Positions 50,181 to 63,894 of a DNA stretch of 64,000 nucleotides are shown here, in pieces. This DNA is from Mobula hypostoma (lineage: Eukaryota). Each line of letters begins with the position of its first letter. Position 1 is the first letter of the stretch. The stretch covers positions 22,940,001 through 23,004,000 of the forward strand of contig NC_086118.1 of NCBI RefSeq assembly GCF_963921235.1. The letters are read 5' to 3'. A model generated the notes under the pieces. The model saw only the letters and a list, made by a program, of their open reading frames with translations. It did no database searches and was not told where the DNA came from. A program made the translations under genes and the position numbers.

Positions 50181-50547
50181 AAGTAGATACCTAGATGTTT
50201 GATCTAATAACTAAAACTGATAGGTGGTTGCATGATGACCATTGATGGGAATTAAACATTCCAAGGTTCTTGATGTGTGAGAAGGACAGACAAAAATAAA
50301 ATGTAGAGTTATGCTAGAGATAATAATAAACATCTTGAAAGCACTGTTTTGAGAAATGACCTTGGTTGTGAAGTACAAAAGTTCAGGATTAATACTGGTG
50401 AAGGTAAAAGATAACGTAGAACAAAAAGCATTGGTAGTAGATTACAGTCCTCTAATAACAGCAACATTTGGATCAATATTGGGTCCTCACAATTTAGATG
50501 AGTTACTTGAATGAAAAATTGAAATAAAGTATCGAACTTTGCTAAAG

Positions 50548-50812
50548 ATGATGCTGATGATGACATCGACTCAGTCCTGAGAGACTAACGTCGGGCATTT
50601 TCATGCCTTACAAGGCGCAGTTCGAAAGGCTGTGTGGGGTGCCATTCCTCGCACAGACATTTCACAGTATTATTTTACGAGGCCGAGTTGCGAGCTCGAC
50701 ATCAACCCGACGCGAATGGAGAACACGCATGGGGGCGGTCTGTCACTGGATTGAACTCAGGAACCCCCGTTCTCGATCCCGGCGCTGATCTCACTGCACC
50801 ACCAGCCGACGC
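50548..50812 (-). mobile_element. tRNA-derived SINE with (CAT)n tail
   Basis: Minus strand begins GTCGGCTGGTGGTGCAGTGAG (A box) ... GAGTTCAATCC (B box). CpG-rich body; ends CATCATCAGCATCATC. Confidence 0.75.
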
Positions 50813-51059
50813 AGTCAAAGGCAGGCAAAGTGCAAAACTGTGCAAGTGAAAGGAACATGCATGTTATTTTTTGATTGATGAGCAATAAGAAAAGAATTGT
50901 GTATGGACGAGCTCTCAAAAATATGGTGACTACTTACGAAAAGCGGATTGGTTTCAAAGATAAAAGAAAGAATATAAAAAGTTTGAAAACATCTTTGAAA
51001 ACATACATCTTCAGATGTAAATGAAATAAAAAATGTAAATAAAATTTAATCTTACAAGA

Positions 51060-51430
51060 AACAAGGGAAAAAATTGGAAAGGCTCTGACTGCCGTTACTC
51101 AATCCTCTCTGGATACTGGGGTAGCAGAGGATTAGGGGATGGTTAACATTACACTGGTGTTTAAATGCAAAGGGATAAAACAAAGAACTATAGGCTGCTT
51201 ATTTGAACGTTGATGTTGGTAAAACTATTGGAACCCATTTTAATGGGTGGTATAACTCTTTGTTTAGAAAAGCATAGATGAATTCAGGACACTCAGCATG
51301 CCTCACCAACTTGCTTCTTTTCAGGAGTTAACAAGGAGGGCTGATGATGATAGTGTATTTGATGTGGTCTTCATCAATTGTGAAAAGGTTTTTGACAACA
51401 AGTCACATGTCAAGTGGTCAAAGATCATAG
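51060..51430 (+). mobile_element. Old CR1 ORF2 remnant
   Basis: Degenerate 'S.SLDTG.....W..VN.T.VFK', 'NYR...LT..VGKLL' and 'K.FD' region. Confidence 0.55.
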
Positions 51431-51699
51431 ACTTCAATGGTGCTTGGAAAACTGGAGAAAAATTTATTCAGTCGTGAGAAGAAAGGTGTATTGGTTGATA
51501 GGCGATTTTGAGAGAAAATTTATTCTGGATGAAACCTTAGGTTCCAGTTTCTCTTCCTGCAAATTCTGCCCCAGCTGCTGAGTGTTTCCAGCATTTCCTG
51601 TCTTTATTTCAGATTTCCAGTATACGTAGTATATTATTTTCAGCATACAATTCCTTGGCGTAATACTTAATATATTTTATATAATATTATTAATGAATA

Positions 51700-51832
51700 T
51701 ACCTGAAGGGTCTTGGCCTCAAACGTCGACTGTACCTCTTCCTATAGATGCTGCCTGACTTGCTGCGTTCACCAGCATTTTTTGTGTGTGTCACTTGAAA
51801 TTCCAGCATCTGCAGATTTCCTCGTATTTACG
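51700..51832 (+). repeat. Penelope terminal-repeat fragment
   Basis: GAAGGGTCTTGGCCTCAAACGTCGACTGTACCTCTTCC...GCAGATTTCCTCGT. Confidence 0.75.
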
Positions 51833-51967
51833 GACAAACTGAATAAATACTTCTTGTCAGTCTGAACTATTTCAGTAATATTTGAGTAATGTTGTAAATA
51901 TTTTGTTTGTTTAAGCTTTCTTTGTTTGTTTACATAATATGGGTTATATGTAAGAAGTATGTGAATT

Positions 51968-52258
51968 GAATACATCCTACGGCCAGATTTGGGAACAGCT
52001 TCTTTCCATTTGTGATAAGACTGCTGAATGGATCCTGACCCGGATCTGGGCTATACCCTCCAAATATCCGGACCTGCCTCTCGGTTTTTTTGCACTACCT
52101 TACTTTCCATTTTTCTATTTTCTATTTATGATTTATAATTTAAATTTTTAATATTTACTATCGATTTGTGATCCAGGGAGCGGGAAGCACAGAATCAAAT
52201 ATCGCTGTGATGACCGTACGCTCTAGTATCAATTGTTTGGTGACAATAAAGTATAAAG
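51968..52258 (+). mobile_element. Rex1/L2-like 3' fragment inserted in the 5' LTR
   Basis: 'T.RFGNSFFP..IRLLN' ORF end, 3' GACAATAAAGTATAAAG. Absent from the 3' LTR. Confidence 0.7.
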
Positions 52259-52334
52259 TGTACATCATGATGCCACTACGTCATATGTGAGAGCCTCACT
52301 AAGGAAAAGGAAAGTAAACCTAGGTAGTCAAATC

Positions 52335-53044
52335 ACAGACGAAGAGAAAATCTGAAGATGCTGGAAATCTGAGCAACTCAAAATGCTGGAGGAAGTCAGC
52401 AGGCCAGGCAGCATCTATGGAAAAAAGCACAGTTGAAGGTTTGGGTTGAAACCCTTCAGCAGGACTGGGGGAAGAAAAGCTGAAGAGCAGATTTGAAAGG
52501 TGGGGGGAGGAGAGAGAGAAACACTAGGCGATAGGTGAAACTTGGAGGGGGAGGGATGAAGCAAAGAGCTAGGAAGCTGATTGGTGAAAGAGACAGAAGG
52601 CCATGGAAGAGAGAAATGATGGCGGGTAGGAGGAGCACCAGAGGGAGGCAATGGATAAGCAAGGAGATAACATGAGAGAGGGGAAAAGGGATGGAAATGG
52701 TGAAGGGGAGCGGGGGGGGGGAGGCATTACTGGAAGTTTGAGAAATCGATGTTCATGCCGTCAGGTTGGAGGCTACCCAGACGAAATATAAGATGTTGTT
52801 CCTTCAACATAACGCTGGCCTTATCACGAGAGTGGAAGAGGTCATGGATGGACATATCAGAATGGGAATGAGAAGTGGAATTAAAATGGGGGGCCACTGG
52901 GAGTTCCCGTTTGTTCTGGCGGACAGAGTGCAGATGCTTGGCGAAGCAGTCTCCCAATCTACGTTGGGTCTCATCGGTATAGAGGAGGCCACACTGGGAA
53001 CACTGAACAACAGGCTCACAGGTGAAGCGTCACCTCACCTGGAT
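52335..53044 (-). mobile_element. Penelope-like 3' region inserted in the 5' LTR
   Basis: 'GDCFAKHLHSVRQ...EQHLIFRLGSLQPDGMNIDFSNF'. LTR sequence TAGGTAG|GACCCATTTCC is split by it and is contiguous at 58921. Confidence 0.88.
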
Positions 53045-54250
53045 GACCCATTTCCTGACAACTATGTTTTTCTTTCAATTAGTTTGTGGAGTTACAAAAC
53101 ATAACACTGGCAACGTGTAAGTGTTAAAGTGAACCTGTTGAACCACAGCACATTTTTCTTCAGAAGAGGGAGGGAGACGTCTGAGTTTTTAAAAAGTGTA
53201 GCTCATGTTTCTTCAGAAGGCAGGAGAGACAGAGAGGCCGCAAACCAACAAAACTAATACACAAAAAAAATGGCCATGGGTTCATAAAAGGTAAGTACTG
53301 AGTGATAATAACAATAATTTTTTTAAAAAACAGCAGAAATGGCTGGCTACATCAGAAAGAAAGGTGCATTCTATTACACAACAGATAATTATTTGATGTG
53401 TACTGAATAACTTGAACAGTATTTTTAAATAAATGGAATTGCCAATGAAAAGTGAGAGCCAGTGTAACTGAGTGCAATAGGTGGAAAAACATTCAGTTTC
53501 CTTTGCAATTTAACTGCTCCAACCAAAACATTGAAAGGAACTTTACTGAGATCATAAATGTAATGCCAGAACACTTAGATTCAAAACCATTGCTGATTGC
53601 AGAACACTTTAGGGTTCATAAGCGGAATCAAAAGAAAATGGTGCCCATTTTAGCCGATGTGGCTAAAATGAAGAAATTCTATGAGCATTATAGTCAATGA
53701 TGGGCTTGATGATGCACTGAGAGATCGTTTAGTTTATGGATCCTTACCAGAAACCATTCAAAAACAGCTCCTAACTGAACCACAACTCACATTCAAAGCA
53801 GCAGTTTATAGTACTGTATCAATAGAAACAGCAGCCAGAGATGCAATTAAGTTGCAGCCAGGAATAAAAGTGAATGCGAATAAAATTGCAATATCTAAAC
53901 ATAAACCTGCTTGTCAAATAAATAGTGTTACCTTTGAGGCAGGAACTCACATACAACAGACTAAAGCAGGTTTAAAGGTGAAACTTGCAGAAACTTGTAG
54001 GACACATAAGAAAGCATGCCAGACAGACAAAAACGAATGGACTGCACAGGCGGAAGATATAAAGATAAAAAGTCAAGTTGCAGTTCCAAAAAGAGCATTA
54101 AGCTGTATGTAATTGATTTTAAAAAATCTGATAATGATGAGAATGACCCATGACTAGGTGGCATTGAGATTTACAATGTAAAAACTAAAAGAAGACAGGT
54201 AATATGGTTTACGCCAGAAGTGAATGGCAAGTTAATTAAAATGGAATTGG

Positions 54251-55221
54251 AAAATGACCTGTGACTAGTGGAATGCCACAGGGATCAGTGCAGGGTACAT
54301 TGTTGTTTGTCAATCATATCAATGATCTGGATGATAATGTGGTTAACTGAATCAGCAAATTTGAGTATGACACCGAGACTGAGGGTGCAGCAGACAGTGA
54401 GGATGACTGTCATGGATTACAGCAGGATCTGAACCAGTTGGAAAAGTGGGCTGAAAAATGACAGATGGAACTTGATGCCAACAAGTGCAAGGTCTTGCAC
54501 TTCAGTTGGACCATCCAGGGTAAGTATAACGCAGTGAATGGTAGGGCACTGAGAAGTGTGATGGACCAAAGCAATCTGGGAATACAGGTCTATGATTTAT
54601 TGCAAGTGGTTGATAGAGTTGTAAAGAAAGCTTTTGACACATTGCCATTCAAAAATCGAAATAGTGAGTACAGGAGAAGGGATGTTATGTTGAAGTTGTG
54701 TAAGACCTAATTTGAAGCATTGTGTGCAATTTTGGTTACCTACTTATAGGAAAGATGTAAAGACGGTTAAAAAAGTACAGAGAAAATTTACAATGATGTT
54801 GTTGAGTTTGGAGGACCTGAATTATAAGGAAAGATTGAAATAGGTTAGAACTTTATTCCTTGGAATGTAGAAAATTGAGAGGGGGTTTGGTAGGGGTATA
54901 GAAAACTATGAAAATGCAAGCAGACTTTTTACACTGGGGTTGTGTGGGAATACAACCAGAGGTTATGGGTTAAGGGTGAAAAGTGAAAAGTGTAAGGGGA
55001 ACATGAGGGAAACTTCACTTAGAGGGTTGTGAGAGTGTGGAATGAGATGCCAGTGCAAGTGGTGCATTTCTGCTTGATTTTAATGTTTAAGAGAAGTTTG
55101 GATAGGTACATGGATAGATATGGAGGACAATGGTCCTGGTGCAGGTCGATGGGAGTAGGTACCTTAAATGACTTGGCATGGACTAGATGAGCTAAAGGAC
55201 CTGTTTTAGTCTATGACTCTA
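54251..55221 (+). mobile_element. CR1 3' fragment inserted in the Gypsy protease
   Basis: Degenerate 'PVTSGMPQGSV', 'INDLDD' and 'LEKWAEK'. Interrupts 'VNGKLIKMEL(D)'. Confidence 0.85.
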
Positions 55222-57053
55222 ATGGCTTGGCTGATTCATTCCTTAATTAAAGTGAGTTTGAACAGCATTTCAAAGATACTGTACTGACACTTGTAGATAT
55301 CCAACGAAGAACTTACACAGGAGAAAAGATAACTCTTGTGGGAAAGACATTCATAACAGTGAAATACAACAACCACAAAGAACACTGGGATTGTATAGGG
55401 TTAAAATAAGAGGGCCAGCAATGTGGGGCTGTGATTGACTGAGACAACTGCAGCTTGATTGGACATCCATCTACCATTTAAATACCACATCCCCTGTAAT
55501 AGATTCAACTGAAATTGAGTTAAGAAAGGTACTGGATGATGCCATTGCGGTGTCCAAGGAAAGCAGCGGAAAACTCAAACATATCAAGGGTAAAATAGTG
55601 TTCAATGAAAATACCACACCAAAGTTTTATAATCCCTTCTAGTTGCTTATACCATCTGTGATAAAGTAGTCAGGGAGTTAGGCTGCATAGAGGCTGAAGG
55701 GAATATTTCCAAGGTTGAGTGGACCCATGGGCAATGTAATGATCCCTGTAGCCAAGAAGAATGGGCCTGTCAGGATCTAAGGTGATTTTAAGGTCACCAT
55801 CAACCAAGTACTGGAAGTAGATCAAAACCCTTGGCCCAAAATAGAGGGTAGCTTTGCAAACCTTTGCGGAGGGAAACACCTTAGCCAAGTGGACTTAGTT
55901 GAGGCCTACCTACAAGTAGAGAGGGAAGTCAAGTCCAAAGTGTTTCTCACCATAAACACTCACAAAAGGCTTTATCACTATAATAGGCTTAATTTTGGAG
56001 TAGCATTTGTACCTGCACTCCGGCAGAAAGTCATGGACCAAATATTGCAAGGCTGGCCCGGCTCACTGTGTTACCAGCATGGCATCATTGTTACTGGTGA
56101 GGATAACAAGGAAAATCCCCAAAATCTCAAGACAGTGCTAAAAAGATTGGAAGATTACGGGATCAGAGCACAATGCAGTAAGTGTGAATTCTTTAATCCA
56201 AGCATCACTTTCTGTGGTCACATCATTGACGCACAAGCATTACACAAGTGTGCTAAGAAAATCCAAGTAGGAACAGATGACCCAAAGACAAAGGATGTGT
56301 TACCGTTGTGGCCTTTTTTTTAAGGAATTATCATTGGCTGAGACAACTGCAAACTGCAGGTAACTGTGACTGGCTGATGTGGCCACTGTGCTCCACCCCT
56401 TGAACTCATTTACTACAGATTGGGAAGGAATAGCAATGGACACAGTAGTGTGGGGTGGCTTTGCAAAATGCTGACGTCAGATGCTGTACTCACACATTAT
56501 GATCCACATCATCCCGTGAAGCTTGGCTGTGACACTTTGCCTTATGGTCTAGGTGCAGTCATGTCACATGTTATGAGTAATGGAAGTGTACGCCCCGTAG
56601 CCTTTGCATCACGTTCCCTTACCACAGCAGAAAAAAATTATGCATAGGTTAACAGAAGGGGCTTGAGTCTGATTTGGGCCGTAAAATGTTCCAACAAGTT
56701 CTTGGATGGCAGAGAGTTTTCCCTCATTACTGAATATCAAACACTGGTGTCCATTTTAAATCCACAGAAGGGTGTTCTACTACCAGCAGCAGCGCAAATG
56801 CAGAGATGGGCTCTGTTTCTTGGAGGACACAATCACAAAATTGAATTCAAGAGGATGACTGAACATGGGAATGCCGATGGGATTGTCCCATTTGCCCTCG
56901 GAAAAGGAAACACCTGAAAAATTTACAAAAAACGGCACTCCTCTTGACGAATTCTCCCCAATGCAAATGGAAAGTCTCCCTGTTTTGGCAGAGATGACCC
57001 AAAGGGAAACTAAAAAGACCCCTCACTGCCTCAGATGTACAAAATGGCCGGAA

Positions 57054-58185
57054 TATAGAACATAGAACATAGAATAGTACAGCACAGTACAGGCCCTTCG
57101 GCCCACAATGTTGTGCTGACCCTCAAACCCTGCCTCCCATATAAGCCCCCAGCTTAGATTCCTCCATATACCTGTCTAGTAGTCTCTTAAACTTCACTAG
57201 TGTATCTGCCTCCACCACTGACTCAGGCAGTGTATTCCACGCACAAACCACTCTCTGAGTAAAAAACCTTCCTCTAGTATCCCCCTTGAACTTCCCACTC
57301 CTTACCTTAAAGTCACGTCCTCTTGTATTGAGCAGTGGTGCCCTGGGGAAGAGGCGCTGGCTATCCACTCTATCTATTCCTCTTATTATCTTGTACACCT
57401 CTATCATGTCTCCTCTCATCCTCCTTCTCTCCAAAGAGTAAAGCCCTAGCTCCCTTAATCTCTGATCATAATCCATACTTTCTAAACCAGGCAGCATCCT
57501 GGTAAATCTCCTCTGTACCCTTTCCAATGCTTCCACATCCTTCCTATAGTGAGGTGACCAGAACTGGACACAATACTCCAAGTGTGGCCTAACCAGAGTT
57601 TTATAGAGCTGCATCATTACATCGCGACTCTTAAACTCTATCCCTCGACTTATGAAAGCTAACACCCCATAAGCTTTCTTAACTACCCTATCCACCTGTG
57701 AGGCAACTTTCAGGGATCTGTGGACATGTACCCTGAGATCCCTCTGCTCCTCCACACTACCAAGTATCCTGCCATTTACTTTGTACTCTGCCTTGGAGTT
57801 TGTCCCTCCAAAGTGTACCACCTCACACTTCTCCGGGTTGAACTCCATCTGCCACTTCTCAGCCCACTTCTGCATCCTGTCAATGTCTCACTGCAATCTT
57901 TGACAATCCTCTACACTATCTACAACACCACCAACCTTTGTGTGGTCTGCAAACTTGCCAACCCACCCTTCTACCCCCACATCCAGGTCGTTAATAAAAA
58001 TCACGAAAAGTAGAGGTCCCAGAACAGATCCTTGTGGGACACCACTAGTCACAATCCTCCAATCTGAATGTACTCCCTCCACCACCACCCTCTGCCTTCT
58101 GCAGGCAAGCCAATTCTGAATCCACCTGCTCAAACTTCCGTGGATCCCATGCCTTCTAACTTTCTGAATAAGCCTACCGTGTGGA
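57054..58185 (-). mobile_element. Young CR1 3' fragment inserted in Gypsy pol
   Basis: '[13 protein letters not shown]', 'KFADHTK' and a 250-aa open C-terminus (57123-57875); (TAGAACA)n tail. Confidence 0.95.
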
Positions 58186-59004
58186 ACTGCTGCAGAATTT
58201 CCAAATTCCCCATTTTTACCAGCACTGGGATGAAACTACCCTTGACAGGGTTTACCTTATGTGCGGATTGAGTGTTCTGTAGTATCCAAGCTGAGTGCTA
58301 AAGTGTCAGATGTTCTACTGAACATGTACTTCATCTAGGCATGGTCAAAATGAAGGTGTTGGCTTGAAGATTTGTCTGGGATAGATCAGCAGATCGAGCA
58401 GCTGGTCATGCACTGTTCAAGATGGCCACACATCCAGAGCTGTCAGATCCACTTCCTGAAGTCCCAGAGCCAATTCCTACAATTACCAAGGAGCAGGTGC
58501 CAGAATATGAGATTGTTTCACATCCACAAGTCTCATCTGCCAAGCAGAGGGACTACCAACACCCCCATTCCACCCACCTCCCACCATTCAGGGAAGATGT
58601 TATCCCACAAGAGTAAGAATTCCTCCACAACAATTAAATCTTCAGGCCCAAATGGGATAATTTAAAATTTACTATGCTTTGGCTGTCTACATAGTAGTTA
58701 TTTTACATAGTATACCTTGTATATAGTTGAGATGCATTGTATATTGAGGGAGTTTATAGCTAAGCTGGGAGGAGTGTAGTGTATTGAATATTTCAGTAAT
58801 ATTATAAATATATTGTTTGCTTAAGCATTTTTGTTTACATAACGTAATATTTGTTTTATGTAAGAAGTATGTGAATGAGAAACATCATACAGGCCTCACC
58901 AAAGGAAAGGAAAGGAAACCTAGGTAGACCCATTTCCCGGTTACTGTTGTTTTTTCCTTGCGATTAGTTTCTGGAGTTACAAAACTTGATAGAAAACACC
59001 TGCA

Positions 59005-60550
59005 TTATGAAATGCGAGAACGTCAGGGGGCAGAAGTGAGTTTAGTTGCTATTACTAAGGAGAAGGTGCTTGGGAAGCTGAAAGGTCTGAAGGTAGATAC
59101 GTCACCTGAACCAGATGGACTACACCCCAGGGTTCTGTAAGAAGTAGCTGAAGAGATTGTGGAGGTACGAGTCATGATCTTTCAAGGATCACCAGTCAGG
59201 AATGTTTCCAGAAGAATGGAAAATTGCAAATGTCTTTCCATACTTTAAGAGCAGAGGCGGGCAAATGGACAGATTTATAGCTCAGTTCACATGACTTCAG
59301 TGGTTGGTAAGACTTTAGAGTCCATTACTAAGGATGAGATTTTGGAAGCACATGATAAAGTAGGCCAAAATCAGCATGGTTTCCTTACCTGGAAAATCTG
59401 TTGGAATTCTTTGAAGAAGTAACAAGCAGGAGAGACAAAGGAGAAACAGTGAATATTGTTTACTTGGATTTTCAGAATGTCTCTGACAAGGCATCACCTA
59501 TAAGGCCACTAAACAAGATAAGAGACGTAGTGTTACAGGAAAATTACTAGCATGAATAGAAGATTGGCAGACTGGTAGAAGGTAAAGTGTGGGAATGAAG
59601 GTTTTCTTTCTGGTTGGCTACCAGTGAATAGCGGTGTTGTGTGTGTTAGTTTTCATGTGGATGTTAATGATCTGCATGATGGAATTGTTGGCTTTGTGGC
59701 CAAGTTTGTGAACAATTCAAAGAGAGGTGGAGGGTAGATAGTATTGAGGAAGCAGGAATCCTGCAGAGGGACTTGGACAGGTGTGTGGTCATGCATTTTG
59801 GTAAAAGGAATTAAGACGTAGATTATCTACTAGATAGAGAGATTCAGAAATCAGAGGTGCAAAGGGGTTTGAAAGTTCCAGTGCAGGATTCCCTAAAGGT
59901 TAACTTGCAGGTTGAGTCAGTGGTAAGGAAGGCACATGCAATGTTAATGTCAAGCGGAGGAGAATAAAGATGTAATGCTGAGGATTTATAAAATGTTGAT
60001 CAGAACACATCTTGAGTATTGTGAGTAGTTTTGGACACATATCTAAGGAAGGACATGCTGGCATTGAAGAGAGTCCAGAGGATGTTTACGAGAATGATCC
60101 TGAGGATAAAAGGGTTAATGTATGATGAACATTTCGTGGCTGTAGGCCTGTACTCATTGTAGTTTAGAAGGATGAGGGGAAATATCATTGAAACCTATCG
60201 AATATTGAAAGGCCTGAATAGAGTGGATATGGAGAGTTTCCAACCAGAGGACACGGCTTCAGAATAGAAGGATGTCCCTTCAGAAAAGAGATGAGGAATA
60301 GAATTGAGAAGGAATTTCTTTTGCTGATGGTGGTGAATCTGTAGAATCCATTGCCATATACATCTCTGGAGGTCAAGTCATTAGATATATTTGAAGTGGA
60401 GGTCGATAGGTTCTTGATTAGTAAGGCCATCAAAAGTTATGGGTAGAAGGCAGGAGAATGAGGTTGAGAAGGAAAATAAATCAGCCATGATTAAATGTCG
60501 GAGCAGATTTGATGGGCTGGATGACCTAATTCTGCTCCTGTTTTATAGTC
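59005..60550 (+). mobile_element. CR1 LINE fragment (degraded)
   Basis: 'KGLKVDTSPEPDGLHPRVL', 'VYLDFQ..DK' and CR1 3' UTR at 60420-60550. Confidence 0.85.
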
Positions 60551-61657
60551 TGATTTAACTTATTGCAAATAAAATGGATATAACAATGAAGTTTGTGAAG
60601 GGCACATCATTAGGCGGTGAGTTTGACAGTGAGGAAAAAAACTTCAGACTTCAGAAAGAAGTCCAGTTATTGGGGCAGAAAAACGGCAAATGAAATGTAA
60701 TCCAGGGAAGCCAGAGATAATGTATATTTCGAGTTGTATCATGTTGTTTATTTAATATTTCAGTAATGTTGTAAATATATTGTTTGATTAAGCAATCTTT
60801 GTTGTTTATGTATTGCATTGCAAACGTATGTAAATGCCATATGTCACCACATCACCGCAAGATATGTGCACACCTCACATAAAATAAAAAATGAAGACCT
60901 GTATCTCTCGTTCTCCTTGATTTCCTTTCAATCCGTTTTTATGTTTTGGAGTATAAAACGCAACTGTGGTGACAAGGTATTTTTTTAAAAGAACCTGAGT
61001 CGACTACCTATCTGCGGAATAGGAGTGAGATGTTTGAGCTTCAGAAGAGCACAATGAGAAATGGTCCAGTAAAAAAAAAGCACCGCACATTTTTTCTTTT
61101 TGCTTTGGAGCAGCAGGTTTTCTTTGCAAAAGGCAAGACAAGCAAGTTAAAAAAAGGCAGAAAAAGGAAGAATTTATGGGTTCTTTAATAGTGAGCACTG
61201 GTTGATAATAATCACAAAAAGCAGAAATAGTTGGCAATATAGAAAAGATTGGCACATTCCATTACACAACAGACAACTGGATTTTGTATACTGAACAGAT
61301 TGAGCAGTATTTTAAAGCAAATGGAATACCCAATAAGAAGTAAGTGTCAATTTTGCTGAGTGCATTGTACTTAAAGGCATATGGTTTGACGCAGAACTTA
61401 ACTACTCCAACCAAACCAGCTGAAATGAGCTTTGATAATATCATGAAAGTAATGCAGGAACATTTAGAACCAAAGCCATTGTTCATTGGAGAATATTTTA
61501 GGTTCCATTAGTGGAATCAAAAGGAAGGGGAGTCCATTTCACCTTCCATCGCCAATTGAAACAGTTGCCTGAACATTGTCAGTTCAGTGATTGCCTTAAT
61601 GGTGCACTGAAAGATCATTTTCTTTGTGGAATCTTAGAAAGAAGCATTCAAAAACAA

Positions 61658-63878
61658 TATAGAAACCATACAAACCATAGAAACTAAAGCACAGAAACAG
61701 GCCCTTTGGTCCTTCTTGGCTGTGCCAAACCATTTTCTGCCTAGTCCCACTGACCTGCACACGGACGATATCCCTCTATACACCTCCCATCCATGTATCT
61801 GTCCAATTTATTCTTAAATGTTAAAAAAAACCCGCATTTACCACCTCGTCTGGCAGCTCATTCCATACTCCCACCACTCTCTGTGTGAAGAAGCCCCCCA
61901 TAATGTTCCCTTTAAACTTTTCCCCCCTCACCCTTAACCCATGTCCTCTGGTTTTTTTCTCCCCTTGCCTCAGTGGAAAAAGCCTGCTTGCATTCACTCT
62001 ATCTATACCCATCATAATTTTATATACCTCTATCAAATCTCCCCTCATTCTTCTATGCTCCAGGGAATGAAGTCCTAACCTATTCAACCTTTCTCTGTAA
62101 CTGAGTTTCTCAAGTCCCGGCAACATCCTTGTAAACCTTCTCTGCACTCTTTCAACCTTATTTATATCCTTCCTGTAATTTGGTGACCAAAACTGAACAC
62201 AATACTCTAGATTCGGCCTCACCAATGCCTTATACAACCTCACCATAACATTCCAGCTCTTATACTCAATACTTCGAGTAATAAAGGCCAATGTACCAAA
62301 AGCTCTCTTTACAACCCTATCTACCTGTGACGACACTTTTAGGGAATTTTGTATCTGTATTCCCAGATCCCTCTGTTTCACTGCACTCCTGTGCCTTACC
62401 ATTAACCCTGTATGTTCTACCTTGGTTTGTCCTTCCAACGTGCAATACCTCACACTTGTCAGTATTAAACTCCATCTGCCATTTTTCAGCCCATTTTTCC
62501 AGCTGGTCCAAGTCCCTCTGCAGGCTCTGAAAACATTCCTCACTGTCTACTACACCTCCAATCTTTGTATCATCAGCAAACTTGCTGATCCAATTTACCA
62601 CATTATCGTCCAGATCATTGATATAGATGACAAATAACAATGGACCCAGCACTGATCCCTGTGGCACACCACTAGTCACAGGCCTCCACTCAGAGAAGCA
62701 ATTCTCTACCACCACTCTCTGGCTTCTTCCATCGAGCCAATGTCTAATCCAATTTACCACCTCTCCATGTATACCTAGTGACTGAATTTTCCTAACTAAC
62801 CTCCCATGCGGGACCTTGTCAAAGGCCTTACTGAAGTCCATGTAGACAATATCCACTGCCTTCCCTTCATCCACTTTCCTGGTAACCTCCTTGAAAAACT
62901 CCAACAGATTGGTCAAAGATGACCTACCACGCACAAAGCCATGTTGACTCTCCCTAATAAGCCCCTGTCTATCCAAATGCTTGTAGATTCTGTCTCTTAG
63001 TACTCCCTCCAATAACTTACCTACTACTGACGTTAAACTCAACGGCCTATAATTTCCCGGATTACTTTTCGATCCTTTTTTAAACAACGGAACAACATGA
63101 GCCACTCTCCAATCCTCCGGCACTTCACCTGTAGACAGTGACATTTTAAATATTTCTGCCAGGGCCCCCGCAATTTCAACACTAGTCTCCTTCAAGGTCC
63201 AAGGGAACACTCTGTCAGGTCCCGGGGATTTATCCACTTTAATTTTCCTCAAGACAGCAAGGACCTCCTCCTTTTCAATCTGTACAGTTTCCATGGTCTC
63301 ACTACTTGATTCTCTCAATTCCATAGATTTCATGCCAGCTTCCTTAGTAAATACAGACGCAAAAAACCTATTTAAGATCTCCCCCATTTCCTTTGGTTCC
63401 GCACAAAGCCAACCACTCTGATCTTCAAGAGGACCAATTTTATCCCTTACAATCCTTTTGCTCTTAATATACTTGTAAAAGCTCTTTGGATTATCCTTCA
63501 CTTTGACTGCCAAGGCAACCTCATGTCTTCTTTTAGCCCTCCTGATTTCTTTCTTAAGTATTTTCTTGCATTTCTTATACTCCTCAAGCACCTGATTTAC
63601 CCCCTGTTTCCTAAACATTTCATACAACTCCCTCTTCTTCTTTATCAGAGTTGCAATATCCCTTGAGAACCAAGGTTCCTTATTCCTATTCAATTTGCCT
63701 TTAATCCTGACAGGAACATACAAACTCTGCACTCTCAAAATTTCCCCTTTGAAGGCTTCCCACCTACCAATCACATCTTTGCCAGAGAACAACCTGTCCC
63801 AATCCACGCTTTTTAGATCCTTTCTCATTTCTTCAAATTTGGCCTTCTTCCAGTTCAGAACCTCAACCCTAGGACCTG
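61658..63878 (-). mobile_element. Young CR1 LINE 3' 2.2 kb inserted in Gypsy gag
   Basis: Complete RT motifs with a single frameshift near 62390; (TAGAAACCA)n tail at 61658-61684. Confidence 0.95.
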
Positions 63879-63894
63879 TCACGCTGAAGCACAA
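62317..63894 (-). pseudogene. CR1 ORF2 reverse transcriptase (5'-truncated, frameshifted into 61821-62543)
   Basis: 'KSPGPD', 'NYRPLSLTS', 'QHGF', 'YMDFSKAFDKVPH', '[10 protein letters not shown]' and 'KFADDTK' lie in one 525-aa frame. Confidence 0.9.

Larger units (their letters stand above)
51855..58986 (+). mobile_element. Ty3/Gypsy LTR retrotransposon (degraded provirus with four nested insertions)
   Basis: 5' LTR ~51855-53106 (split), PBS-like CTGGCAACG, gag from 53339 ('DDALRDRLV', 'IQKQLLTE'), protease, RT ('DLVEAYLQ','TINTHKRLY.YNRL.FG'), RNase H ('LTHYDP..PVKLGCD..PYGLGAV'), integrase HHCC remnant, PPT AAGCTGGGAGGAG, 3' LTR 58775-58986. Confidence 0.9.

Noticed and set aside
61821-63894. 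Active autonomous CR1 or domesticated RT gene
   Set aside because: It is 5'-truncated (no ORF1 or endonuclease) and has a frameshift near 62390.
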